Below are positions 7,901 to 16,634 of a stretch of DNA of 28,083 bases, piece after piece. The DNA is taken from positions 1-28,083 of the IMG/VR virus record IMGVR_UViG_3300038379_000335; one strand, given 5' to 3'. Position 1 is the stretch's first letter. Every line of letters begins with the position of its first letter. The position numbers were made by a program, and so were the translations under genes. The DNA is from a virus (lineage: Duplodnaviria > Caudoviricetes). A model generated the notes under the pieces. It did no database searches, was not told the origin of the DNA, and saw only the letters and a list, made by a program, of their open reading frames with translations.

Positions 7901-10448
7901 AGCCGGGCGTCACCGCGCCCGTCAGGTCGTAGACGTCGTCGAGGCGAATCGCGGTGATCGCAGCGGCGGTACCCTGGATCGCGAGGGCGCGCCCGCGGCC
8001 CTTGCCGATCTTGAGCACGTCGGTCGACACCTCGATCATGTCGCCGCGCGTGACCATCATCCAGTCCCAATCGACCTCGATCTCGTGGATCGCGCGCCGT
8101 GCCTTCTGCGCGAGCAGATGCCGACCGTTCCGCCAAATCTCGCTCGGCCGCTGCGTGAGCGGGAAGCGCCGAAGCTCGATACGCTCCGCGCGCGTCGTCG
8201 CGAAGTCGCCTGTCGAGGCGTGCCCGGACGTGAGCACGTTGTCGACGTCGACCACCTGGATCGCCGCGCCGAACGGGTTGTCGACGATCACGAACATTTT
8301 CGTGCCGGCGAAGAGCGCCGGCAGCGTTACCTTGAACCAGCCCTCGTTCGGGAAGCTCTGCCACGTCCCCGAGGAGCGGGTAATCGTCGCGATGTTCCCT
8401 GAGCGCGAGATGCTCACAGCGACGCCGGTCTCGCTCGCGGTGAGCCGCGCGAAGCCGTCGTTGTAGACCATGCGCTCGTCGCGCTGGCCGTCCTTCTCCT
8501 TGTTGAAAAACTCGCAGCGCAGCGCGTCGGGGACGTTCGTCCACTGGATCTTCGTGCGGAAGCCGATCACGTCGGCGTCGGAGAGGACGTGCGCCGGGGC
8601 CAGCTGCTTGCGGTCGATGATGACGCGCCACTTGCCGTCGACCTTGTCGAGCTTGCCGCGCGCGCTCGCGATCACGTCGTTCGCGACGTCCCAAATCGAC
8701 TTCTGGTCGATGTCCATGACGCCGTCGCACTCGTGCCGGGCCTCCAGCGTCCCGTCGAGCGCCGGCACTTGCTCGGCGCAGTAGTCGTAGAAGTCCTGAA
8801 ACGAGTCGAAGTCGATCTCGGCGTCGGCCGTCGCGTCGACGCCAGCTAGCACCCCGGTCAGTACGTCGAGCGCGCAGGCCGAGTTGTTCGACGTCTTCTG
8901 AGCCGCGCCGCGCGTACCGCCGACGAGGATCGGCCGATACGGGCTCACGAGGGCGTTGATGCGGTCGCCCTGGTCGCTATTCAGCGACTCGCCCGTGATC
9001 TCCAAGTCGACCCCGGTAAAGCCCGGCAGGTAGTCCTTGATGGCCGGCTCGTCGCGCACGCCGATCAGCGAATCCCAGCGCACGTCGGTGAGAAGCGCCG
9101 TCGTCGAGCCGAGCCCCTCGGCGTCGGGCTCGTCTTCGGCAGCGCGCCGATCCTTCGTATACGACTTCTCTTCGATGCCCGCCGCAAGCTCGGCGCGCAT
9201 CCGAACCTCGTAGACGCCGCGGCTCGGTACCTTGCGGCGCGCCTTCAGGAAGGTCTGCTCGGTAGTCCCCTTGCGCTCGTCGGTGTCCAGCTGCTTCCGC
9301 TCGCGCTTCTTCTTCATGAGCCCGTCGGAGATTACCTCGGTGGCAATCCGCACCACGGAGCCGTCGACGCGGGTCATCGCCACGCCGTGACCACTCGTGA
9401 AGGTCGCGGCGTCGACGAAGCCGAGCCACGTCAGGTCCGCGATCTTCTTGAACTCGATCCTGAGGTTCAGCGCGTGACCGCGCTGCCGAGGCGAGCCCGA
9501 GTCGGTGAACTGGCGCTGAAGGCCCTTCGGCAACTCCAGATCGAGCACGATCTCGTCGCACTCCGTTTCGAGCGCGAAGCCGAACCAGTCGGAGGGCGTC
9601 GGCTTCCAGTTGTCTTCGATCAGGTAGCCGGGCCTCACTTGTTCGATCGTCGGGAAGTTGACCGTCTGCTGATTCGTGACGTAGGCAATCACCGGGCGCA
9701 TCCGGTCGATCGGGGTGTTCCCCATGCGGAGGTCTTCGATCACGCCGTTGCCAGAGCAGCCGTAGAGCAACATGCGCTGGCTCGGCTTCTGCGACTCGTG
9801 CGTCGCGAGCGGAATCGCCGCGTGCGGGAGGTTGAAGCGCGCGGTCCCGAAGACGACCCACACGGGGGCGTCCTGCTGCACGCGGTTCCCGACGCGGAGC
9901 GCCGTTGGAGAACGGGTGCTCTGCTGAACCGCGTTGCCCTGGTCGGGCGAGCCTACGATCGCGTTGATCGCGAGGTTTAGCAGATACGAGCCGCCGACGT
10001 AGGTCGCGACGGTGAGGATCGCCGCGGTACCCCACACGGCGAGCGCGCCGCCGAGGCCGATCGAGGCCACCGCGCCCGCGAAGGTTGTACCGACGGCTAC
10101 GCCAGTAATCACCTCGATCAGCCCGACGAAGAACAGGAAGATCGACGCCGGCTCGTCGGGGATGTTGAAGGCCCGGATGCGATCGCCCGCCTTCACGGTC
10201 GTGCTCGACCAGAGCGACGGGTTCACCGCGCGGCCGTTCAGGATGCAGATCAGGCCGCAGCCCTCGTAGGGTAGCGTCATGCCGGCGAGCGCGAGCGCGT
10301 CTTCGAGCGATGCGCCGGCCGGCACGTCGCGGAGGACGCGCTTGCGGCGCTCGAAGGGGTTCGGCACGCCGATGATCGACGCGCAGCCAGCAGCGAGCAA
10401 GCTCGCCTTGCGGTGATCGACGAGCGCCGAGCTAGGAGGGGCCGACAT
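4947..10448 (-). CDS. Tail tip / host-specificity protein (lambda gpJ-like) with fused N-terminal gpI-like ubiquitin-fold segment (1833 aa)
   Basis: Start at ATG 10448 (MSAPP). N-terminal ICILNGRAV..W....VKAGD followed by a hydrophobic A/G-rich stretch (gpI-like). J-like motifs APVWVVFG, TSNNSACALDVL, IDFDSFQDFYDYC, CDGVMD...IWDVANDVIASARG, PDALRCEFFN. FN3-like YECQWR...FEVRVRAYNR..SPW. Confidence 0.9.
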   Translation of the reverse strand: MSAPPSSALVDHRKASLLAAGCASIIGVPNPFERRKRVLRDVPAGASLEDALALAGMTLPYEGCGLICILNGRAVNPSLWSSTTVKAGDRIRAFNIPDEPASIFLFFVGLIEVITGVAVGTTFAGAVASIGLGGALAVWGTAAILTVATYVGGSYLLNLAINAIVGSPDQGNAVQQSTRSPTALRVGNRVQQDAPVWVVFGTARFNLPHAAIPLATHESQKPSQRMLLYGCSGNGVIEDLRMGNTPIDRMRPVIAYVTNQQTVNFPTIEQVRPGYLIEDNWKPTPSDWFGFALETECDEIVLDLELPKGLQRQFTDSGSPRQRGHALNLRIEFKKIADLTWLGFVDAATFTSGHGVAMTRVDGSVVRIATEVISDGLMKKKRERKQLDTDERKGTTEQTFLKARRKVPSRGVYEVRMRAELAAGIEEKSYTKDRRAAEDEPDAEGLGSTTALLTDVRWDSLIGVRDEPAIKDYLPGFTGVDLEITGESLNSDQGDRINALVSPYRPILVGGTRGAAQKTSNNSACALDVLTGVLAGVDATADAEIDFDSFQDFYDYCAEQVPALDGTLEARHECDGVMDIDQKSIWDVANDVIASARGKLDKVDGKWRVIIDRKQLAPAHVLSDADVIGFRTKIQWTNVPDALRCEFFNKEKDGQRDERMVYNDGFARLTASETGVAVSISRSGNIATITRSSGTWQSFPNEGWFKVTLPALFAGTKMFVIVDNPFGAAIQVVDVDNVLTSGHASTGDFATTRAERIELRRFPLTQRPSEIWRNGRHLLAQKARRAIHEIEVDWDWMMVTRGDMIEVSTDVLKIGKGRGRALAIQGTAAAITAIRLDDVYDLTGAVTPGCRIRTRSPSGLTVTQKQIDIAATNTLRSSTSDDSWIAFTSALNGTAINLKLGSAEGALVTWGEVGAITREVVVNRIRKGNDLTAVLVCHDHAPELFDDVDVKPIPIFYSAVGSDEGMVEQMAPPMPQLPWTDETFGSALCQINAGAPGTFNAQGFTRQDGGSFIEEGIAAGMFATVQGFTSAGNNPAHGAIQSVTDDVVVILPNASGSAEVGDGNERIIAGRRTGLATIGVDAAGTGLNAVAVAPQGGGVVYLDGPVGKAIFARFRAAGFVSCGPGFLKANSGVFPITALRNGGDGITITNANAVTESGSGVQFVEQTQFYATSGGNFSARFVKGDRVRGLGFVEPAHADAHFSIRELSTNACFVDDPGLLLRTEAPASGRHLRAVQARVSYRVLRGEDGSYEQYAVLRPSPGKGLGSRTDEYECQWRPVSEVTGLPVHEEWNTVTRVSAEAGDILIGPLDVDEDFEVRVRAYNRKNGTVSPWNGMGGSGLRGRPSAPQNLKITPDSQATVEGSVVVLRVSWEPVELQLITPTLVRYAIEGQEPVDLLLPAGQKSLSIYPAPFGRWSVEVRQTGESGVAGASAEALFDFEPDVGFHLARVLDVAILDDEGLASQSWTSADLRVRFREPSLTYQTGIGEAPGGLQGADGELDPMVRGFVIEAFDPDTGTLLRAWPEQRARDFLYSTDMMFVDQQKVFSRGLYPKVGLRIWMMSRTGLRSGLVTFIAVHESEPGIPRGNMQDHVGGDPFEAQIANLTVFDGNGTDVDTWVTVVSKSVVVVGQPGGLPSLVGYGGIFSALIEEGGDKVDPVSFYFTAQPLKLEYRIVVNPGVGEIEVVRPGTVDLSANGYIVGGHGGNLDLRYAGTYTYALQLRWTRDGYREGLARAGGLVSGNRQVLGSGTRWSNFIRPGDEIQSNSMHATNYYPILQVVSDTEILLEGNPDTGEPAFMPYKTRSGTDPAQVQEPNLRLLIKKATITVKEDVLAGT

Positions 10449-10881
10449 GCCGCCAGTACCCTTCGAGTTGAGCCGCCCACTGACGCATCCCGAGCCGGTA
10501 GAGGTACGAGCCCGTGGCGCGGCTCGTCGAGATGCCAAGGCCGGGCGCGATCACGACGCCGATGTGAGCGTGCCGCCTCACGACGAGCGTACCTGATCCG
10601 TCGCGCACGATCGCCCGATAGAGGGCGACGTCGAAGGGGCGCACCGCGCCCACGACGGCGCGCCAGTCGTCGCCCGCAAGCTCGCGCTCGACGAGCGACT
10701 CGACCTCGTCGCGTACGTGATCGGCCCAGCCCGCCTCGTCAGCGTCGCGGTCGTACTCGCCCGAGAAGTCGGGGACGCGGATCGCGGCGCGATTCCACAG
10801 AACCCGCCGGGTGATCTCCCAGCAGTTAGCCTCGGCGTAGGGCACCCCGAGGTACGGGCGCGCCCACTCCGGCGTGCTCAC
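10432..10881 (-). CDS. NlpC/P60-family tail assembly protein (149 aa)
   Basis: WARPYLGVPY...NCWEITRRV (catalytic Cys) and HIGVVI (His); position just before the J-like gene; GTG 10881 in GTGA overlap. Confidence 0.85.
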   Translation of the reverse strand: MSTPEWARPYLGVPYAEANCWEITRRVLWNRAAIRVPDFSGEYDRDADEAGWADHVRDEVESLVERELAGDDWRAVVGAVRPFDVALYRAIVRDGSGTLVVRRHAHIGVVIAPGLGISTSRATGSYLYRLGMRQWAAQLEGYWRHVGPS

Positions 10882-11288
10882 GCCTCGGGGGCCGGGGCCG
10901 GCCCGGGCGCAAGCGAGATGCGCCGGCCGGGGCAGAAGCCGCCGTCTGCGAGCCGCAGCGGAGGCGAGCACAGGCCCGGGTAGTCGCGCCAGCAGAGCCG
11001 CAGCCCCGAGGTCTTCCCGAAGCTCCGGTCGCCGCGCTGGTACTGCTTCGCGAGGCCGGTAGGCGCGAGCATCTTGAGCGAGATGCAGTCGCCCGGGAGT
11101 AGCGCGGTCGGCGTGCCGTTCTCGGTCACGGTGTCGAGTAGGCCGACATCATCGTCTGAGAGCCGCGACGGGATCGGCGTCGGGTCGGCCACGAGCACGA
11201 GACGGTCGTAGAGTGCGCCGCAGCCGAACGACGGCGAGAGCAAGGCTGCGGCGAGGAGCGCGAAGAGTAGGACGTGAGGCGTCTTCAT
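10878..11288 (-). CDS. Putative exported protein or lipoprotein (136 aa)
   Basis: Strong AGGAGG RBS; MKTPH + hydrophobic VLLFALLAAALLS + PSFG-C (non-canonical lipobox); four further Cys. Confidence 0.7.
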   Translation of the reverse strand: MKTPHVLLFALLAAALLSPSFGCGALYDRLVLVADPTPIPSRLSDDDVGLLDTVTENGTPTALLPGDCISLKMLAPTGLAKQYQRGDRSFGKTSGLRLCWRDYPGLCSPPLRLADGGFCPGRRISLAPGPAPAPEA

Positions 11289-11297
11289 CGGTTCCTC

Positions 11298-11780
11298 CTA
11301 GCGAAGCGACATGAAGCCGAAGGCGCGCGAGAAGCGGTAGGCCGGGTACGGCGACGTCGAGATGTCCTCGTGCAGATGGATCTCGCCGACGCACGTCGGC
11401 TCTTCGATGTCGGCAACGCGCAGCTTGCCCGAGATGGTCAACTCGTTTGCGTCGGGATTCGAGAAGAGCGCGAGGCGAAGCGTCACCGTCGCCGGCTTCG
11501 AGAGCTTCTGAAGCTGCTCGCGGATCGACTCGTCGATGTCAGCGATCATGATCTGCATCTTCGGCACTTCGGTTTCGTCCTCGTCTGGAAGCACGAGGTC
11601 GAAGCTCGAAGCGACGTAGACGTTGCCACCCGAGACGATGTCGGCGTCGTGCAGCACGAGCCGGATCGTCCCCGAGTAGACGCCGTCATTCCACGCGATC
11701 GTCAGGAACGGGAGAATGCCCTCGTCGGACATCTGCGAGAGTAGCGCATCCTTGAGGGTGTCCGAGATGTTGCGCGGCAT
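11298..11780 (-). CDS. Minor tail protein, DUF1833-like (160 aa)
   Basis: MPRNIS...FLTI...IRLV...DIVSGGNVYVASSFDLVLP...PKMQIMI...PD...YPAYRF pattern; position between Dit-like and NlpC genes. Confidence 0.8.
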   Translation of the reverse strand: MPRNISDTLKDALLSQMSDEGILPFLTIAWNDGVYSGTIRLVLHDADIVSGGNVYVASSFDLVLPDEDETEVPKMQIMIADIDESIREQLQKLSKPATVTLRLALFSNPDANELTISGKLRVADIEEPTCVGEIHLHEDISTSPYPAYRFSRAFGFMSLR

Positions 11781-11781
11781 G

Positions 11782-12159
11782 TTAGGTGGGAGCGTCCGGT
11801 AGGGAGGCGATGCGAGCGGACACGAGGTAGTCGACGCCGCCGCCTTGCCACGGCGTGATGACCGGGTCCGTGATGAATTGCCAGACCGTGTTCGCTCCCG
11901 TCTGTGGGTGTTTGATGTCTTGGAAGGGCTGCGTCCCCTCGACGAGCGTCGTACGATAGAACGTCACGAAGGCGCTGATCGTAGCCTGCGGCATGACCCA
12001 CGCGACGTCCCACTGTTCCGTCGACTTCATGCTCTTGCGGCGCGCCCGGATGCGGCCCGAGATGGTCTGCGTCCGCACCGCGTTGTCGGGGAGCGAGCGC
12101 GAGTAGCGTTCGGTCGAGAAGAAGCCCGGGAGGCCGGCGGCAGACCACGAGGCGGCCAC
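11782..12159 (-). CDS. Distal tail (Dit / gpM-like) minor tail protein (125 aa)
   Basis: W...LP...Y....DNAVRTQTISG..RARR...F.TFY..TL.EGT.PF...HP.TG pattern; immediately downstream of the tape measure. Confidence 0.75.
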   Translation of the reverse strand: MAASWSAAGLPGFFSTERYSRSLPDNAVRTQTISGRIRARRKSMKSTEQWDVAWVMPQATISAFVTFYRTTLVEGTQPFQDIKHPQTGANTVWQFITDPVITPWQGGGVDYLVSARIASLPDAPT

Positions 12160-12160
12160 G

Positions 12161-15100
12161 CTAGACGCTCCTCACCTTGCGCCGGAGCCCGGTCTGCTCC
12201 TGAAGCGCACGGAAGCCCGGGCCCGCGCGGTTCGTGTCCTCGGCGGACGCCTGCCCGACGAAGATCGTCATGTCCGTGCGCCGGCCCGACCGCTTCACGC
12301 TGCGGCCCTGCTCTTCGAGCGGCTCGCCCGCGTTCACGATCTGCACGTTCAACACGGGAGCGTCGCCGCCCATGCTGATGCCCGACGACTCGATCGCCGT
12401 CCTGAGCGCGCGCGACGTCTCGGGCGACGAGAGCGGGAGCGCGATCTCACCGCCCGTCCCCGGCTCGGCGAACTTCGCCACCGTCGGCGAACGGATCAGG
12501 CCGCCGCCAGCGAAGCCGAGCAGCCCCGCCGTCGAGTCGGCCGTCGCCGCGGTAATGATCGCCGAGACGACCGACTGGAGGCCCTGCACGATCCAGTTGA
12601 GGCCAGTCCCGAGTAGCTCGCCGAAGCCGCCAAGCTCGGCACGGAAGACGCCGCCGAGATCCTTCACGCTGCCCCACACATCGGAGAGCCACTTCACCGA
12701 CTCGATCTGAGCCTCGGAGCCCGCCACGAGCGCGTTGACGACGCTCTCGCTACCGCCGCCTGCCTCGCCCGACGCGCCACTACCGAAGAGCCCCGAGACG
12801 ACGCCCTCGCCAGCGCCGGTCACGAGCCGGTTCCCGAGGTCGTGGATCGCCTCGACGATGGCCTGCTCGCCCGGCGTGATCCCGCTCACGCGCGCGCCCG
12901 CGCCTTCGAGGAAGGCGGCGACCGGCCCGGGCAGGCCCGGGATGCTGCTCACGACGTCGAGCGCACCGCTCAGGCCGGGCCGCACGATCCCTTCCTTCAC
13001 GATGCCGGTCGCCAGCTGCATCCCGATGTCGCTGATCATGGCGCGTAGCGTCTCGGCCGCGTTCTGCGGCTCGACGAGCGCCCGCGTCAACCCGTCGAGG
13101 AGCGACTGCGACACCTCGCCGCCGAGGTCACGGATGCGCCCGAGCGCCACCTCGACGTCGCTTTGGATGCCGAGGATCTGACGCGCGTTCGCCTCGAAGA
13201 GTGCCACCGCTTCGGCGTCGTTCACGAGGCCGGCTTGCTGAAGCTCGACGATCTGCCGGCGAAGCTCCTTGATCTGCGTGAGGCCGGCGACGTAGTCGCC
13301 CACCGTCTCGCGCGACTTCACGAGCGCCTGGTTCTCGGCGAGAAGCGCCTGCGCCAAGTCGTCGCGCACGACGAGAAGGTCGCGCTCCTGCTCCAGCTGG
13401 TTCGCGCGCATCGCCGTCGTGAAGGCGAGCGCCGCCTGCTGCTCGGCCTGAGAGCGCACGTCGGGGACCGGGATCTTCTGCGCTTCGGCGAGCGCGTCGA
13501 GGTACGCGAAGGTGATCTCGGAAGCGCGGCGCTGCGCCTCGCTGAGCGCGACGGTCGAGAGGTCGCGCTCGGCGTCGATCCGCATCTGCGTGAGGCGATC
13601 GAGCACCTTCTGCGAGGCCGCGATCTCTTCCTCGGTGAACGCGGTGACGACCGTCCGCTTGCGCGGGTCGTCTTCGCCGTCCGTCGTGACGGCCAGCGGC
13701 AGCTTGACGGGCGGCGGCGAGCCCTCGATCGCGCGGATCTCCTGAAGCAGCCGGATGCGCTCGGAGAGCAGCTGATTCACCCGAGCGTGCTCTTCCGACG
13801 ACGCCCGCGCCTGCGCGCGCGCAGCCGCCGGGCCCACGGTGAGCGTCGCGCCCTCGGCCGGGCCACGCGCGGGATCGACGCCGAGCTTCGCAAGCTCCAT
13901 GTCGATCGTCGTCAACCGCGTGCGCTTCTCGGCGAGCGCCGCCTTGTCGCGGAGCGAGCCGAGCCCGTTCGCCTCGTTGCGGGCGTCGCGGATCGCGCCC
14001 GCGAGCCTCATGAAGCCGGCGATGAACACCGCGAGGCCGATACCGACGAGCCCACCCTTCGCGACGAGTGCGGCAGCGCCGAGCCCGTGCAGCGCGGTCG
14101 ACGCCGCAGCGATCGGGGCGCGGGCGTTCTTGAAGAGCGCGAGGGCGATCGCAACGGGCGCGAGGTTTGCGCCGATGAGGCTTGCTTGAACGGCGACGCC
14201 GCCCACGCCGACGATCGCGGCCGAGGCCGGCTTCGGGAGCGCCTCCAGCGCATCGGCGACGACGTTGAGCACCTTGGTGAGAGCTTCGAGCGCCGCGATC
14301 TTCGCGGGCGCGGCGATCTCACCGATCCGCAGGCCGGCTTCGGCCGCCTCGTTCTTGGCGCGATCGAGCGCGAGGCGCGTGCCCTCGGCGACCGCTTCCG
14401 TCGCCGTGTTGAGCGAGCCGGCCGACTGCTCGACCTTCTCGAAGACCTGCCGCGTGATCTCGCCCTGCTCCCCGAGGAGAGCGAGCACGCCGCGTAGGGC
14501 CCGGATGTTCGGGATCAACTCGGCGATCGCGGCCGAGTCGTTGCCGGTCACGTCGACGATCTTCTGAAGGCCCACAAGCAGGCCCTCTTCGTCGACTAGC
14601 CGGCGAAGCTCGGCGAACGACGTCCCGAGCCGCGCGGCCATCTTCTCGGCCGACTCGGCCGGGTTGAGCAGGTCTGACATCACCGCGGTCAGCTGCGTCA
14701 CGCCCTCGGAGGCGTTCGTGCCGGTGCGCGACAGCGCAGCAATCGTGCCGACAACCTCTTGGAACGAAACGCCCATCTGTGACGCGACGGAGATGGCACC
14801 GCCGATCGACGCGGCGAACTCAGCCGGCTCCGCCTTGCCCTCGCGGATGCCGGCCACGAGCGCATCGGTTGCTTCGGCCGCCGAGAGGTGCTCGACGCCG
14901 TAGGCGTTGAGAGCGGACGTCACCGTGTCGGCGATCGTCCGCACGTCGCCCATGCCAGCCGCGGCAGCGCGCGCCGACGAGGTCATGATGTCGAGCGCAG
15001 CCTGACCCGCCTGACCCGACGACCGGATGAAGTAGAAGCCCTCGGCGACCTCTTCCGCGCTACGACCCGTTTCCGCCGACACCGCACGGATCGCCGCGCG

Positions 15101-15694
15101 CACGCCGTCGATCTCCTCGCGAGCGACGCCCGCGAGGCCCACCGACTTGTTCAGGGTGTCCTCGAAGCGCGAGAAGCTCTCAATCGACTCGTTGACGCCG
15201 ACGCCCGCGCCAGCGAGGCCGATGCCGGCGAGCAGTTGCCCTGCCCCGACGCCGAGCAACGGGGTGCGGAGGCCCGGTGTACCGCGCCGGCTTGCCGCGA
15301 GCGCCGCCGCGCCGGCCGCCGTCCCCTCAACGGCAGAATCCGGCGCGACGACGCCTGGGATACGCGGCGTCGAGGCGCGCTGCGAGGCCGCGAGCGCGCG
15401 CGCCCGGCGCTGCTCAGCATCGGCCGCGCGACGGGTCGCTGCCTCCATGGCGCGCATCGTCGCGACGAGCGCGTTCGCTGCCGCCTGCGACTGCCGCAGG
15501 TCGGCGGTCATGCGGGCGAAGGCCCCCTCGTTGCGCCGGCCGGCCGCGGAGCGGAAGGCTGCGTCGAGAGCGCGGCCCGTGTTCTGAGCCGCGGTGCGGA
15601 TCTGCTGGAGCAGGCGCGCGATCTCGGCCGCCTCGCGCCGAGCACGCGCGGTGGGGAAGCCGATCTCGAAGACGGTCGCGAAGGGAGCCGACAT
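12161..15694 (-). CDS. Tail tape measure protein, TP901-family core (1177 aa)
   Basis: Ala-rich helical protein with FEDTLNK..GLAG, EEVAEGFYFIRSSG, TADTVTSALNAYG, GVSFQEV; C-terminal FAGGG...AE.GTGGEIALPL; GGAGG RBS. Confidence 0.95.
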   Translation of the reverse strand: MSAPFATVFEIGFPTARARREAAEIARLLQQIRTAAQNTGRALDAAFRSAAGRRNEGAFARMTADLRQSQAAANALVATMRAMEAATRRAADAEQRRARALAASQRASTPRIPGVVAPDSAVEGTAAGAAALAASRRGTPGLRTPLLGVGAGQLLAGIGLAGAGVGVNESIESFSRFEDTLNKSVGLAGVAREEIDGVRAAIRAVSAETGRSAEEVAEGFYFIRSSGQAGQAALDIMTSSARAAAAGMGDVRTIADTVTSALNAYGVEHLSAAEATDALVAGIREGKAEPAEFAASIGGAISVASQMGVSFQEVVGTIAALSRTGTNASEGVTQLTAVMSDLLNPAESAEKMAARLGTSFAELRRLVDEEGLLVGLQKIVDVTGNDSAAIAELIPNIRALRGVLALLGEQGEITRQVFEKVEQSAGSLNTATEAVAEGTRLALDRAKNEAAEAGLRIGEIAAPAKIAALEALTKVLNVVADALEALPKPASAAIVGVGGVAVQASLIGANLAPVAIALALFKNARAPIAAASTALHGLGAAALVAKGGLVGIGLAVFIAGFMRLAGAIRDARNEANGLGSLRDKAALAEKRTRLTTIDMELAKLGVDPARGPAEGATLTVGPAAARAQARASSEEHARVNQLLSERIRLLQEIRAIEGSPPPVKLPLAVTTDGEDDPRKRTVVTAFTEEEIAASQKVLDRLTQMRIDAERDLSTVALSEAQRRASEITFAYLDALAEAQKIPVPDVRSQAEQQAALAFTTAMRANQLEQERDLLVVRDDLAQALLAENQALVKSRETVGDYVAGLTQIKELRRQIVELQQAGLVNDAEAVALFEANARQILGIQSDVEVALGRIRDLGGEVSQSLLDGLTRALVEPQNAAETLRAMISDIGMQLATGIVKEGIVRPGLSGALDVVSSIPGLPGPVAAFLEGAGARVSGITPGEQAIVEAIHDLGNRLVTGAGEGVVSGLFGSGASGEAGGGSESVVNALVAGSEAQIESVKWLSDVWGSVKDLGGVFRAELGGFGELLGTGLNWIVQGLQSVVSAIITAATADSTAGLLGFAGGGLIRSPTVAKFAEPGTGGEIALPLSSPETSRALRTAIESSGISMGGDAPVLNVQIVNAGEPLEEQGRSVKRSGRRTDMTIFVGQASAEDTNRAGPGFRALQEQTGLRRKVRSV

Positions 15695-15710
15695 GAAACC
15701 ACCCTCCGCG

Positions 15711-16076
15711 CTAGTGCAGCACCACTTCCGGCTCGGGCACGCTGCCCTGAGGCGACCCCACGATGCGCGCCCGGTGCTCTAGCACGACGCGATCGAGCGC
15801 CCGTACGATGCGGACTAGCCTGCCGATCATCTCGGGCTCGCGCCAGCCATTGAGGCGCGTCCACGCCTCGATCTCGGTGAGCGGGATGCCACCTGCCTCG
15901 GCCCGCACGAGGGCGAGGTCTTCGTAAATGCGGAGGTAGATCGAGGTGAGAGAATTGAGTCGCGGCCTCTTCGCCAGGACCGGGTGTCGACGCCCGGTGT
16001 TAGCCTCGTGCTGGCGGAAGGCAGCGATGCTATCGCTGTACGCCAGCTCCCAGGCTAGGAAGCCGCACAGCCTTTT
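15711..16076 (-). CDS. Tail assembly chaperone C-terminal extension (gpT-like), probably made as a G-T fusion by -1 frameshift
   Basis: Lies in the -1 frame relative to 16055-16507 and overlaps its end; no own start with RBS; L..R...GGIPLTEIEAW.RL...RALD motif typical of gpT segments. Confidence 0.75.
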   Translation of the reverse strand, partial: KRLCGFLAWELAYSDSIAAFRQHEANTGRRHPVLAKRPRLNSLTSIYLRIYEDLALVRAEAGGIPLTEIEAWTRLNGWREPEMIGRLVRIVRALDRVVLEHRARIVGSPQGSVPEPEVVLH

Positions 16077-16507
16077 GTGTCGGCCGCCTCCGTCTCCGCG
16101 AAGTGGCTCGTGCTCGCCGCTACCGACGCCACGAACAGATACGCCGGGTAGGCCATCTTGAAGAGGCCCTCGGCCGCCTCGGGCGAGAACGGTACGGCCT
16201 TGCCGTCGACGAGCACGACGTCGCCGAGCCCGTCCGTGCGCCAGCCCTTGAGCAGCGCACGCGCCGTCGCGCGCATCGTCGCGAGGTCTTCGCGCTCGTC
16301 TTCCGGCAGCGATGCGTCGATCCCGGTCGCCGCCTTCGCAAGCTCGCGGTAGTAGGCCGGCGTCTGCATGTGCGCGATGAGGAACCAGACCTTCGTGTCG
16401 CCGTACCGCTTCCAGACGCCATCGCGCGAGAGGTCGCGATCGACGCGCAGAGCGCCGAAGTCGAAGTCGCGCCACTCCTCGGCCTTGGCCTTGGCCTCGT
16501 CACCCAT
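16055..16507 (-). CDS. Tail assembly chaperone (gpG-like, 150 aa)
   Basis: GGGAGG RBS and ATG 16507; DGVW..Y...WFLIA...Y, A.ALLKGW, DGKAVPFSPEAA..L motifs; between tube and tape measure. Confidence 0.85.
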   Translation of the reverse strand: MGDEAKAKAEEWRDFDFGALRVDRDLSRDGVWKRYGDTKVWFLIAHMQTPAYYRELAKAATGIDASLPEDEREDLATMRATARALLKGWRTDGLGDVVLVDGKAVPFSPEAAEGLFKMAYPAYLFVASVAASTSHFAETEAADTKGCAAS

Positions 16508-16533
16508 TCGCTGCCTCCCGTTTCGGCCCGAGG

Positions 16534-16620
16534 TAGCTGACGGCGTACGACGCCGCAACCGCGAGGCTGGTTTGCGGTGGAGCCTTTCCGCGCCGCCTTT
16601 GGAGCGGCCCAGCCTCGCGG
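16534..16620 (-). promoter_or_regulatory. Structured intergenic leader between tail tube and chaperone genes
   Basis: Perfect 12-bp inverted repeat 16559-16570/16609-16620 enclosing two small hairpins (16574-16591, 16592-16608), plus hairpin 16541-16555. Confidence 0.6.
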
Positions 16621-16634
16621 CCCGCGGCCTCACA

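Noticed and set aside
10449-10538. Upstream starts given for the tip protein, and similarly extended starts for NlpC, chaperone, adaptor, scaffold and gpF ORFs
   Set aside because: Downstream starts have RBSs or stop/start overlaps and match family N-termini.
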